Positions 1 to 9,082 of a stretch of DNA of 64,000 nt are shown here, piece after piece (the stretch's first letter is position 1; the number at the start of each line of letters is the position of its first letter). Both the position numbers and the translations under genes were made by a program. A model generated the notes under the pieces. That model searched no databases. It worked only from the letters and a program-made list of their open reading frames with translations, and was not told the DNA's origin. Origin of the DNA: an uncultured Actinomycetes bacterium (GTDB lineage: Bacteria > SZUA-79 > Acidulodesulfobacterales > Acidulodesulfobacteraceae); the NCBI GenBank assembly GCA_964631685.1, contig CAZVZU010000009.1, positions 1 through 64,000 on the forward strand, written 5' to 3'.

Positions 1-157
1 GTATATGAGCATCTTACTCTACAACATTAATAAGAGAGACTGACAAGGGACAAGGCGAGCCATTTATTAGGGTGTCTTCTTGAAAAGAGGAACCGATAAT
101 GTAATCCTTGGGTTTGAGCCGTTATATTTAAACATTGCAAAATAGGGGAGGATCTTA

Positions 158-881
158 ATGGGTAACTTGGACAAAAACATTGCTGACTGTAATAAGACTC
201 TAGATTCATTAAAGAATGCATCTAATTATGCCAAATGGGGGATCTACATGATAGAGCAATATATTGGCAGCAGGATACTTGAAATCGGGGGGGGTAGGGA
301 CATATACCGACTTTTTCCTTGATAGCGACAAATTAGTGACTACTGAAATTGATGAGGATTGCCTTGCTAGTCTTTGCAATAAATATGATAACACTCATGT
401 AGATGTCATTAGGGGAGATATCGCGGATGACTCTTTTGCAAAAAATATGATGAAAACAGAGATCGATACCGTTATATGCTTTAGTGTTTTGGAACACATT
501 GAAGACGACATGGCGGCCATAAAGAATATGAAAAAATGCCTTACGAAAGACGGATATATAATTTTACGGGTTCCTGCCTTTAATTTTCTCTATTCTGACT
601 TAGATAAAAATATAGGCCACTTCAGAAGATACAATAAAAAAGAGCTTTCGGAAAAAATATTAGCCAACGGTTTATCAATAGTTAGATTGTCTTATATGGA
701 TATTGCCGGTTTTATGGCATGGCTTTTTTTATTTAAAATTCTTAGGAAAACATCTTTTGCGTCAGAGGATCAAATTGGAATATACGATAAATTTTTAGTT
801 CCTGCCTTCTCAAGGCTGGAAAAAGTAATAAGATACCCTTTTGGATTAACACTTTTTGCCGTCTGCAAAAAGAAACAATAA
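158..881 (+). pseudogene. Class I SAM-dependent methyltransferase, frameshifted at a G8 tract (287-294); phase-OFF allele, pseudogene or sequencing error
   Basis: ATG at 158 behind GGGGAGG reads MGNLDKN...GSRILEIGG. The downstream frame (ORF 264-881) continues VGTYTDFF...VLEHIEDD...HFRRY. One extra G joins them into SAM motif I, ILEIGGGVG. Confidence 0.8.
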
Positions 882-1220
882 CGGATTTAATCACCAAACT
901 AACAATCAAATGAGGTTTTAGCGAGTTCTTATAATATATTTTAAATTAAAATAGTACATAAAATTTATTTCATTGGGTATCTGCTGGTAGTCTAATTATC
1001 TGTATCCATATCTAGGGCTATTACGCCACTGCTTATGCCTGATAATTTTGGCATAATTGCTTTAATGTTCCTTTTGTGCTATAACCTTTTCGAATTTGCA
1101 AACATATCGGCGATGCCATGGGATTAACAGCTAAATAAAATTATAGATTATTTTGTTTAGCTGTTATATACTGTGCGGGATGGTTTAAGATTAATTATAG
1201 AGCATTATGGCGGTTACCAA

Positions 1221-2381
1221 ATGACACAAGATAATTTTTATCGCGCTTTTGAGGACAAATTCAGGGGTTCGAGAAAGTTAATTAAGGACAGATTAGCGGT
1301 TTATTTACCGTTTATTTTAAAGCTTAAAGATATTTACAAAAAAGAAGGCTTAAAAGCGCTTGATCTCGGTTGCGGGCGCGGAGAATGGTTAGAATTACTT
1401 AAACAAAACGGCATTGATGGCATAGGAATAGACTTAGACGACGGAATGCTCGCAGCATGCAAAGAGAGAAACCTTGATACCGTAAAAGCAGATGTCGTAA
1501 GCTATATCTTGAAACAAGAAGATAATAGTTTTATTATGATCTCAGGCTTTCATATTGCAGAGCATTTACCTTTTGAAGAACTCAAAAGATTAATTGAAAA
1601 ATCACTAAGATTATTAAAGCCCGGCGGCTTATTAATACTAGAGACCCCCAACCCGGAAAACATTAGTGTTGCTACGCTGGGTTTTTATATAGATCCAAGC
1701 CATATAAAACCTATTCCGCCAGCGCTACTTCTATTCCTCACGGAATATTACGGGTTCGAAAATCAAAAAATACTTCGGTTGCAGGAATTAAAAGACTTCG
1801 GACATATCAGCCTTATGCAAGTTATAAATGGCGTGAGCCCCGACTATGCCGTAGTCGCTCAGAAACAAGCTTCCCCCGAGATATTACATAGGTTTAATGA
1901 TCTTTTTTCAAAAAAATACGGCTTATCCTTAGCAGATGTAATGAACAGATATAACGACAGATTGTCTGAATCAGAGACTCAAAACAAACAGGTGTTAATA
2001 CAGATTGCAGAACAAGCAGGACAATATCATGCGGTAATGAACAGCAATTCTTGGAAAATTACAAGGCCATTGAGATTTATAAGTAAGGTTGCTATGTGGT
2101 TTATGCGGGGCACAGCCACTTGGGTGACCTTCGCTCCAAATAGCAGGCCGCGTCGCACAATAAAAAAACTAATTATTTATACTAAGGATAGGTTAAACGA
2201 ACACCCTAAGGCAAAGTATTTTATAAAACTGTTATTGATGCGCTTTCCTAAACTGAAGGACAGGTTAATAAATATAGGGCGCAGTGATGAGATATCATTA
2301 CATAATACGCCACCTGTTCTATCACCTAAGGCTAAAAGGATATATGACGAGTTAAAGGCCATGCTAAATAATAAAAAATAA
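1221..2381 (+). CDS. Class I SAM-dependent methyltransferase with C-terminal coiled-coil-like tail, of the type found in O-antigen/glycan clusters
   Basis: FYRAFEDKFRGS N-terminus, ALDLGCGRGEW motif I, FHIAEHL, ETPNP, and SNSWKITRPLR tail. ATG 1221 preferred over GTG 1173. Confidence 0.85.
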   Translation: MTQDNFYRAFEDKFRGSRKLIKDRLAVYLPFILKLKDIYKKEGLKALDLGCGRGEWLELLKQNGIDGIGIDLDDGMLAACKERNLDTVKADVVSYILKQEDNSFIMISGFHIAEHLPFEELKRLIEKSLRLLKPGGLLILETPNPENISVATLGFYIDPSHIKPIPPALLLFLTEYYGFENQKILRLQELKDFGHISLMQVINGVSPDYAVVAQKQASPEILHRFNDLFSKKYGLSLADVMNRYNDRLSESETQNKQVLIQIAEQAGQYHAVMNSNSWKITRPLRFISKVAMWFMRGTATWVTFAPNSRPRRTIKKLIIYTKDRLNEHPKAKYFIKLLLMRFPKLKDRLINIGRSDEISLHNTPPVLSPKAKRIYDELKAMLNNKK

Positions 2382-2412
2382 AGACATAAACAAAGCGTAT
2401 TGCAATTGACAT

Positions 2413-2440
2413 TCAGATATTCTTATCTCTCAATATCTGA
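2413..2440. terminator. Hairpin between convergent genes, possible terminator
   Basis: Inverted repeat TCAGATATT/AATATCTGA with a 10-nt loop; no strong U-tract. Confidence 0.35.
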
Positions 2441-2462
2441 GCACTAAACAAGCGTAACATCG

Positions 2463-3635
2463 TCAATCCTTCAACATTTTCTTGTTCACAGAATGGGCGG
2501 TAAGATATCCGGTTGAAAATGCCGCTTGAAGGTTGAATCCTCCTATGCTTCCTTGAATATTTAACATTTCACCGGCAAAAAAGAGTCCTTGAGCGAGCTT
2601 GGATTCAAGGGTGTTTGGATCAATATCCTTAAGTGAAACCCCGCCCTTTGTAACAAATGCTCTTTCAATAGGACATTTGTTAACATCAATAGTAAAACGT
2701 TTTAATCTGCAGGAAAGTTCCCGTAGAAAGCTTTTGGAAATTTCCTTACAAGATGTATCTTCCGTAACAATAAAACGAGCTAATCTTCTCGGCACAATCA
2801 TAGAAACAGCGCGCGCCAGACTGCAGCTTTTATCCCTAATAAAATTAATAAACTCCAATTCACCCATTTTGGTTAGCTCAATGACGAGTATCCCCTTGTC
2901 AAAATCTGCCTCGGAGAGTTTCAATATTGCCGGACCGCTTACGCCGAAATGGGTGAAAATCAGATCGCCTGTTATCCTTTTTGATGTTTTTTTAAACCTA
3001 AGGGTAAGCTTGACATCCTTGAGCGAAACCCCCTCCACACGGGAAAAATCATAATCGGAACAGAATGCCGATTCGTAAGCTGACAGCCTGGTTATTTCAT
3101 GGCCAAAGCCGGCGGCTAATTTGTAACCGTCTCCGGTTGAACCTGTCTTCGGATAGCTAATCCCTCCGCACGACAAGATTAGGGTCCTGCTATAGTATGT
3201 AGATTCGTCCGTTGTAACCTCAAAAAGACTATTTTTTATCACGCCGGTCGCGGGTTCAAAAGGATGAAACTTAATCTTCCTTTCTTTAAGAAGCGACCTA
3301 AGCGCCATGCTAAACTGATCGGACGTCGCATTTGCAATTCTAATTCTACCCTTTTCGTTCACCGTTTTAATACCAATAGACCTTAAGAATAGAATAAGCT
3401 GATCCTTAAAGAACAGTTCGAACGCTTTTTGCAAAAATCTCCCGTTTTTACCGTAAGATTCAAAAAATTCATCAAGATTAGAACCATTGGTAATATTACA
3501 CCTTGTCCTACCGGTTATAGAGAGTTTTTCAAGCCCTGAGCGCTTATCAAGTAGCAGGATCTTATCCGATTTTATATTGAGCGCCGAAAAAACCCCACTT
3601 GCCCCGGCTCCGATAATTATACAATCATAAATCAT
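2463..3635 (-). CDS. HI0933/BaiN-like NAD(P)/FAD-dependent flavoprotein
   Basis: IIIGAGASG, ITGRTRCNITN, GGISYPKTGSTGDGY, FTHFGVSGP, VTKGGV, GGFNLQAAFSTG. Confidence 0.9.
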   Translation of the reverse strand: MIYDCIIIGAGASGVFSALNIKSDKILLLDKRSGLEKLSITGRTRCNITNGSNLDEFFESYGKNGRFLQKAFELFFKDQLILFLRSIGIKTVNEKGRIRIANATSDQFSMALRSLLKERKIKFHPFEPATGVIKNSLFEVTTDESTYYSRTLILSCGGISYPKTGSTGDGYKLAAGFGHEITRLSAYESAFCSDYDFSRVEGVSLKDVKLTLRFKKTSKRITGDLIFTHFGVSGPAILKLSEADFDKGILVIELTKMGELEFINFIRDKSCSLARAVSMIVPRRLARFIVTEDTSCKEISKSFLRELSCRLKRFTIDVNKCPIERAFVTKGGVSLKDIDPNTLESKLAQGLFFAGEMLNIQGSIGGFNLQAAFSTGYLTAHSVNKKMLKD

Positions 3636-3735
3636 AAAAAGGGTCTATCGGTTAAAAGCTTTTTTATGGATGCCGAATGGCAAATATTAAAAGATGAGAA
3701 TGGCTGCATCAAGAAAGCGCAACCCGATAAAATAA

Positions 3736-3811
3736 TGGTGGGCTGTGCCGGGATCGAACCGGCGACCTACTGATTAAGAGTCAGTTGCTCTACCAATTGA
3801 GCTAACAGCCC
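3736..3811 (-). tRNA. tRNA-Lys(CTT)
   Basis: 76-nt cloverleaf GGGCTGTTAGCTCAATTGGTAGAGC...CTGACT-CTT-AATCAG...GGTTCGATCCC...CAGCCCACCA with encoded CCA. Confidence 0.97.
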
Positions 3812-3895
3812 GCATAACTATAAGTAGTCAAAAGTCACTAACGTTGCAAACGCTCGCGCCAAAGACACTGTAATTATATACCATTTTTTAAAACT

Positions 3896-4291
3896 TTAGT
3901 CAATCCTTTTAATGCCGGCTTTAACAGCCGTTATCCTTTCCACTACAAGATCCCCCAGTCTTTCGTCTATCCCGAGGTAATCCCCGTATTTTATTACAAC
4001 ACCAAGATGTTCATACCTTGCTGAAAAACTCCTTAAAATTTTCGGAATATCCCTATGCACATGATTACCAGCATACAAAAAATAGGGTATAACATAAATT
4101 AAGCGGGAACCGCTACTAACGCATTCCTCCAAAAAATCCCTTATATTGGGCTCAGCAAATTCCAAAAAGGCATACCCTACGTCTTCATAAGGAAATTTAT
4201 GTTTTACTATTTCGGCCATGCCCACAAGGACAGCATTAGCTTCAACCCTTCTTGACCCATGTCCAAGTAGTACAATAGTCCCTTTATCCAT
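3896..4291 (-). CDS. cbiX: Short-chain sirohydrochlorin (cobalto)chelatase, CbiX/SirB family
   Basis: LLGHGSR, AFLEFAEP, PYFLYAGNHV..DIP. Start placed at ATG 4291, right after the NiCoT stop. Confidence 0.85.
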   Translation of the reverse strand: MDKGTIVLLGHGSRRVEANAVLVGMAEIVKHKFPYEDVGYAFLEFAEPNIRDFLEECVSSGSRLIYVIPYFLYAGNHVHRDIPKILRSFSARYEHLGVVIKYGDYLGIDERLGDLVVERITAVKAGIKRID

Positions 4292-4292
4292 A

Positions 4293-5315
4293 TTACCTCT
4301 CTTCCCTATATTGTTCTTCAATTTTGGCAAACTTAAATTTATATATTAACAGCGAGAATAGCCATGCCGTGATCAATATAACCGCTATCAAACCCCCTAA
4401 CCACGCAAAAGAAAGGTGATTTAAAAAATCCCAAGGCTCTCCTGACAGGTTAAATTCAGTCCCTGCAACCTGGAGCCACTCTATCGTTCCTATAACGAAT
4501 GCTAAGAAAACCGATATGCTCGTAATGGATATGTTATAAAAAACCTTTCTTATAGGGTTCAAGAACGCCCAGCTGTAAGCAAACTGCATAACAACACCGT
4601 CCGTTGTATCAAGGAACACCATTGCCGAGGTAAATACCAAAGGCAAGACCATAACATCTATAAGAGGCCGGCCGGCTGAAGCAAACACAGCCGACAAGGA
4701 CAGCACTGCAACCTCTGATGCGGTATCAAAACCCAATCCGAATAAAAACCCGACGAATATCATATTCCAACTAGATTTAATGAGCTTCATAATACCGCTA
4801 AAATAACGGAACATGAATCCCCTTTTTAAGAGTTCCTCCTCCATCTTTTTGTTGTTCTTGAAATCTAGTGCAATCTTAATGATGGATATCAGTATAATAA
4901 GGTTCATCAGCGCTATTAGGTATAAAAACAGGGCGGAAGCCGCCGTTCCCAGCAGGGAACCTATGGCACCAAATTTAGGATAGGCCTTTACGATAAATGT
5001 CCCTATAATGACGGTTATCATTGTTAATGCAAAGATAGATATCGAATGACCTATTGAGAAAAAAAACCCAACACCAACAGGTTTTTTGCCGTCATTCATT
5101 AATTTTCTTGTTGTATTGTCTATTGCAGCGATATGATCGGCATCCATCGCATGTTTTAGACCGAAGAAAAAGGCGAGTATGCCCAGGCTTAGTAATGCCG
5201 GAAAAGCCCTCGATCTATAGATTAAAGTAACTACGGAAAATAACAGAAAAGAGCCCACAAATACGTAAAGAAGAATGAGTCTGTGCTTAAACGAACTAAA
5301 AAGGCGTGAAAACAT
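4293..5315 (-). CDS. HoxN/HupN/NixA (NiCoT) nickel/cobalt permease
   Basis: Signature KHAMDADHIAAID, GFFFSIGHS, GFLFGLGFDTASE; multiple TM segments. Confidence 0.95.
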   Translation of the reverse strand: MFSRLFSSFKHRLILLYVFVGSFLLFSVVTLIYRSRAFPALLSLGILAFFFGLKHAMDADHIAAIDNTTRKLMNDGKKPVGVGFFFSIGHSISIFALTMITVIIGTFIVKAYPKFGAIGSLLGTAASALFLYLIALMNLIILISIIKIALDFKNNKKMEEELLKRGFMFRYFSGIMKLIKSSWNMIFVGFLFGLGFDTASEVAVLSLSAVFASAGRPLIDVMVLPLVFTSAMVFLDTTDGVVMQFAYSWAFLNPIRKVFYNISITSISVFLAFVIGTIEWLQVAGTEFNLSGEPWDFLNHLSFAWLGGLIAVILITAWLFSLLIYKFKFAKIEEQYREER

Positions 5316-5522
5316 AATTAGACCTCCCGCTAATTAAAATTAGGTTAATATCTTAAAGGCAGGTTTTCCGGCTTAAACATGCGAACATTTCGCCTTCCCG
5401 ACATTGTGTCAGTGGCTTAGTGAAACGTTCTTAATAACGGTCATTACTAATCACCGTTATCAGTTATTACGGCTGCGGGTACAGCGCAGGATCTTCACCT
5501 GCTTCCCTTGGCTTTTAAGATA
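5315..5522 (-). ncRNA. Cobalamin riboswitch (aptamer ~5349-5522 plus RBS hairpin 5315-5336)
   Basis: Minus strand has AGGGAA-GCAGGTGAAGATCCTGC-GCTGTACCCGCAGC-CGTAA, GCCACTG...GGGAAGG and AAGCCGGAAAACCTGCC, closed by a 9-bp stem, directly upstream of the NiCoT gene. Confidence 0.92.
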
Positions 5523-5559
5523 AAGATTGATTGTTTCTTTTTGTTAAATAGTCTGTAGA

Positions 5560-5588
5560 ATACTACTACACTAAATATGCGATGTCAA
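5560..5588 (-). promoter_or_regulatory. Sigma70-type promoter for the riboswitch-NiCoT-cbiX transcript
   Basis: TTGACA-17nt-TAGTAT just upstream of the riboswitch. Confidence 0.6.
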
Positions 5589-5696
5589 ACATTTTAAATC
5601 TATTGCCTCAGGCACTCAACCTCCGGGCATGCAAAGAAATAAATGCCGAAATATGCTATAATCTTGAAATTAAATGAACTTAAACCGTAAAATATA

Positions 5697-6401
5697 ATGA
5701 TAAAGATAGATAATAACGGAATACTGAAAACGGCGGTATATTTAAGGGAAATTGAGGAATTAAAGCAGGTGGGCAGGATCGCCTTTGATAAAGACCTTAT
5801 TGATACCCATAGCGGGAATATAAGCATGGGTATGGGACGTGAGATCTTGATTACAAAAACAGGGGGGAGCCTGATCGATTTAGAACCGCAAGATTTTACA
5901 ATCGCCCCCTTAATAAAACCAGAAAAGACAAGTGACGAACCGTCATCCGAGATCGATGTCCATAGATTTATACTAAGAAGCTTTCCAAATTCAACCGTTC
6001 TCCACTCACACCCGCTTAATGCAATAACATTAAGCCTGCATATGGGTTGCGGTCAAACAAGACTTAATAATATGAACGTTAAAAAACCGGTTATCGGTAC
6101 GCTCGGCATTGATAAGATTAAGAGACTTTATAAGGAATACCCCGGACTGGATAAGATAACCCCCCTTGATTTTGAATCGGCATATTTTTTCCCGGTAATA
6201 TATACTTTCCCGCTAAATTTTATAGAAGATGTTAAGTCAAATATGTTGAAAGTCGAGCTTGAAGCAAGTGACATATTTCAAGAAAACGGCCTGTTCATGA
6301 TAAAATCACACGGTTCCTTTGCGTGGGGTAAAACGCCGCTTGACGCATTGAGATGGACTATGATGCTCGAATCATCGGCCAAGATTCTTCTATCTTTTTA
6401 G
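5697..6401 (+). CDS. Class II aldolase/adducin family protein
   Basis: HSGNIS, PSSEIDVH, VLHSHP and SHG metal/phosphate-binding motifs. Confidence 0.85.
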   Translation: MIKIDNNGILKTAVYLREIEELKQVGRIAFDKDLIDTHSGNISMGMGREILITKTGGSLIDLEPQDFTIAPLIKPEKTSDEPSSEIDVHRFILRSFPNSTVLHSHPLNAITLSLHMGCGQTRLNNMNVKKPVIGTLGIDKIKRLYKEYPGLDKITPLDFESAYFFPVIYTFPLNFIEDVKSNMLKVELEASDIFQENGLFMIKSHGSFAWGKTPLDALRWTMMLESSAKILLSF

Positions 6402-7208
6402 TATCCGGCTAAATTCCCTCATTCTATCCATCGCTGTTCCTGATTCTTCTCTTATTTCTTTTCCCACAAGCGATATAAAGACATCCGAAAGTGTTGGGGT
6501 TTTACCATCATTAGATTTAATTAATCTCTTTAATTCTGGAGGGGTACCCATCGCAACAATCTTGCCGTTATCCATGATAGCAACCTTGTCACAATTTTCC
6601 GCCTCCTCAATATAATGCGTGGTAAGGAATATTGTGGTTTTTTCATCTTTCCTCAGCCTGTCTATAAAGCCCCACATATTTATCCTTGTTTGCATATCAA
6701 GCCCTACCGTAGGCTCGTCAAGGAATAAAACCGACGGTGAGTGCAAAAGCCCTCTTCCGACCTCAAGCCTTCTTTTCATTCCGCCAGATAATAACTTTAC
6801 GGGCTTATCCTTATAACTATACAAATCTATAAAATCCAATATATAACCTATTCTATCCCTGGTATATTTTTTATCCATACCATAAAGTTTTGCATGAAAA
6901 TTTAGGTTTTCATAAGCGCTAAGATCGTTATCGAGCGTGGGGTCCTGAAATACGAGCCCTATAGACTTTCTTACGTCTTTCCCGTTTAAAAGGGTATTGT
7001 AGCCGTTTATATGTACTGTCCCGCTCGTTTGATGAACCAGCGCGCACAATATTTTTATTGTAGTCGTTTTTCCTGCGCCGTTCGGCCCTAAAAATGCAAA
7101 AAACTCGCCCTTGTTCACACTGAAAGATATATCATCCACAGCGACTACGTCTTTATATTTCCTAACTAAATGCTCGACCGATATAGCAAATTCAAAATTA
7201 ATAGGCAT
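6390..7208 (-). CDS. ABC transporter ATP-binding protein (DrrA-like exporter ATPase)
   Basis: GPNGAGKTT, LSGGMKRR, LFLDEPT, TTHY. Start at ATG 7208 behind AGGAGGAGG. Confidence 0.92.
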   Translation of the reverse strand: MPINFEFAISVEHLVRKYKDVVAVDDISFSVNKGEFFAFLGPNGAGKTTTIKILCALVHQTSGTVHINGYNTLLNGKDVRKSIGLVFQDPTLDNDLSAYENLNFHAKLYGMDKKYTRDRIGYILDFIDLYSYKDKPVKLLSGGMKRRLEVGRGLLHSPSVLFLDEPTVGLDMQTRINMWGFIDRLRKDEKTTIFLTTHYIEEAENCDKVAIMDNGKIVAMGTPPELKRLIKSNDGKTPTLSDVFISLVGKEIREESGTAMDRMREFSRILKR

Positions 7209-7318
7209 TCCTCCTCCTTTTTTTATAAACGATAATATTGCGCGGCATGTGATAATATTATAGAATACATAGCTTACATAGTAAAATATTAATTCTATCT
7301 TATAAACCCCCTGCCTTC

Positions 7319-7366
7319 GCAAAGATGAAGGCAAACAATACTTGCAAAGATGAAGGCAAACAATAC
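7319..7366 (+). repeat. Tandem direct repeat, 23-bp unit with 25-bp period, spanning the start codon of the radical SAM gene
   Basis: GCAAAGATGAAGGCAAACAATAC at 7319-7341 and 7344-7366. Confidence 0.9.
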
Positions 7367-9065
7367 CCGAAGGTTATATGATCTTTATTTAGCCTCTGAA
7401 CAAAATAGATTGAACAAGGGTAAAAATAACTCTTTAAAGGCTGTCATCGTATTTCCAAACCTCTATGGCGTAGCAATGTCCAATTTAGGCTTCTTAAGGG
7501 CATATGAATTAATTAACGAATCAGGTTTTATATCATGCGACAGGGCTTTCTTGCAAGAAGATATGTCAAAGGGCGTCATATCGATAGAGACTAGAAAAAG
7601 ACTGTCTACTTACGATCTTATATTCTTTTCTCTAAGCTACGAAAATGATTTTTACAATATTCTTTCGATCTTAAACGCCGAACAGATTCCGTTTTTATCC
7701 GGAGGCAGAGACAAAAACTTCCCTCTTATCATGGCAGGCGGCGTGATCGCTTTTTTGAACCCAGAACCGGTTGCTCCAATGTTTGACATAATGTTTATCG
7801 GGGAGGCAGAGGCAATATTTCCTGATTTTTTTAAAAATATTCAAGACTATAGTAGCTCAACGATTAAACAAAACAAGGAGTTGATTATAGAAAATTGCGG
7901 GAAAACAGCGGGCATTTACGTTCCGGCTGCTTATCATTTTGTATTCGACACTAAAAAAATAAATGTCTTGAAAGAGATTAAAAATATTCCGGGTTTTCCG
8001 AAAAGGATAAAAAGGAGATGGGCAGATGGGGATTCTATCTTTTCCTCTTCTATTATTACCACTAAATTTTCCGAGCTAAGCAATATAAATATGATTGAAA
8101 TAGAAAGGGGATGCAAAAGGGGGTGCCGGTTTTGTAGCGCGGGATACATATACCTGCCCCTAAGAGAATCCAATTCTGCCCAAGTCTTAAGAACCATAAA
8201 CTCGCTAACCGAAAATGAAAAAGCCGGTTTTGTGGGATTGGGCACAATGGATAGCGAAAACATTAAAATGTTCATGGATTTTTCACTAAAAGCCAAAAAG
8301 CCGTTTTCATTGTCGTCTATAAGGTTTGATTGTTTAGACGACAACAATTTAAATTCAATAAAAGAAGCAGGTCTAAAAACAATAACACTAGGCATAGAGA
8401 CGGGTTCTTCGAGGCTTAAAAAATTAATAAACAAGGATATAAGCAATGACGAGATAATAATTACCATCAAAAATATTATCAGAAAGGGAATAATAAATAT
8501 AAAATCTTATTTTATGATTGGCCTGCCTTATGAGGAAAAACAAGACTTAGATGAAACGATAAACCTCATCAAATCAATGCAAAAGGAATTTGTGTCATCT
8601 TCCAAGATAAACAAAAGAATAGGCTCCCTTACCGTTTCTTTTAGCCCGTTTGTTCCAAAGGCATGGACACCTCTTCAATGGGAGCGCTTTGAGGATTTAA
8701 TAACAATCAAGCATAAAGCAGCTTATATCTTAGGTAGCCTCAAGCATTTGCCTAATCTCAACATAAAAATAAACTCTATTAAAAGCGCGTTTACTGAGGC
8801 CTTTTTTGCGAGGGGTTCAAGGCTTTCCTTGGATATTTTAATTAATTCATACAAAGGTAAACTAGGGTTAAAAAAAGCCGCTGTCAATTCTGGTTTCCGA
8901 ATAGACGATTTTATTAGAAAATTTGATACAGACGAACTTCTGCCTTGGGAAATAATAGATCAAGGGGTAACAAAAAAGTACCTCATAGAAGAACGCACAA
9001 GGGGGATAGGTTTCAAGACCACTCCCCAATGTTTTGATGGATGCAAAAGATGCGGGGTATGCTAA
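7350..9065 (+). CDS. Radical SAM protein with N-terminal B12-binding-like domain and C-terminal Cys motif
   Basis: FPNLYGVAMSNLG, NPEP, ERGCKRGCRFC (CX3CX2C), YFMIGLP, FVPKAWTP, C-terminal CFDGCKRCGVC. Confidence 0.85.
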   Translation: MKANNTRRLYDLYLASEQNRLNKGKNNSLKAVIVFPNLYGVAMSNLGFLRAYELINESGFISCDRAFLQEDMSKGVISIETRKRLSTYDLIFFSLSYENDFYNILSILNAEQIPFLSGGRDKNFPLIMAGGVIAFLNPEPVAPMFDIMFIGEAEAIFPDFFKNIQDYSSSTIKQNKELIIENCGKTAGIYVPAAYHFVFDTKKINVLKEIKNIPGFPKRIKRRWADGDSIFSSSIITTKFSELSNINMIEIERGCKRGCRFCSAGYIYLPLRESNSAQVLRTINSLTENEKAGFVGLGTMDSENIKMFMDFSLKAKKPFSLSSIRFDCLDDNNLNSIKEAGLKTITLGIETGSSRLKKLINKDISNDEIIITIKNIIRKGIINIKSYFMIGLPYEEKQDLDETINLIKSMQKEFVSSSKINKRIGSLTVSFSPFVPKAWTPLQWERFEDLITIKHKAAYILGSLKHLPNLNIKINSIKSAFTEAFFARGSRLSLDILINSYKGKLGLKKAAVNSGFRIDDFIRKFDTDELLPWEIIDQGVTKKYLIEERTRGIGFKTTPQCFDGCKRCGVC

Positions 9066-9082
9066 AAACTTTCCGTTTCATA

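Noticed and set aside
1..3811. tRNA-Lys as integration site for the glycan genes
   Set aside because: No integrase and no duplicated tRNA 3-prime end seen; a housekeeping-type flavoprotein lies between.
5600..5827. 75-aa minus-strand ORF upstream of the riboswitch
   Set aside because: Overlaps the aldolase gene antisense and its promoter region; no motif or RBS.
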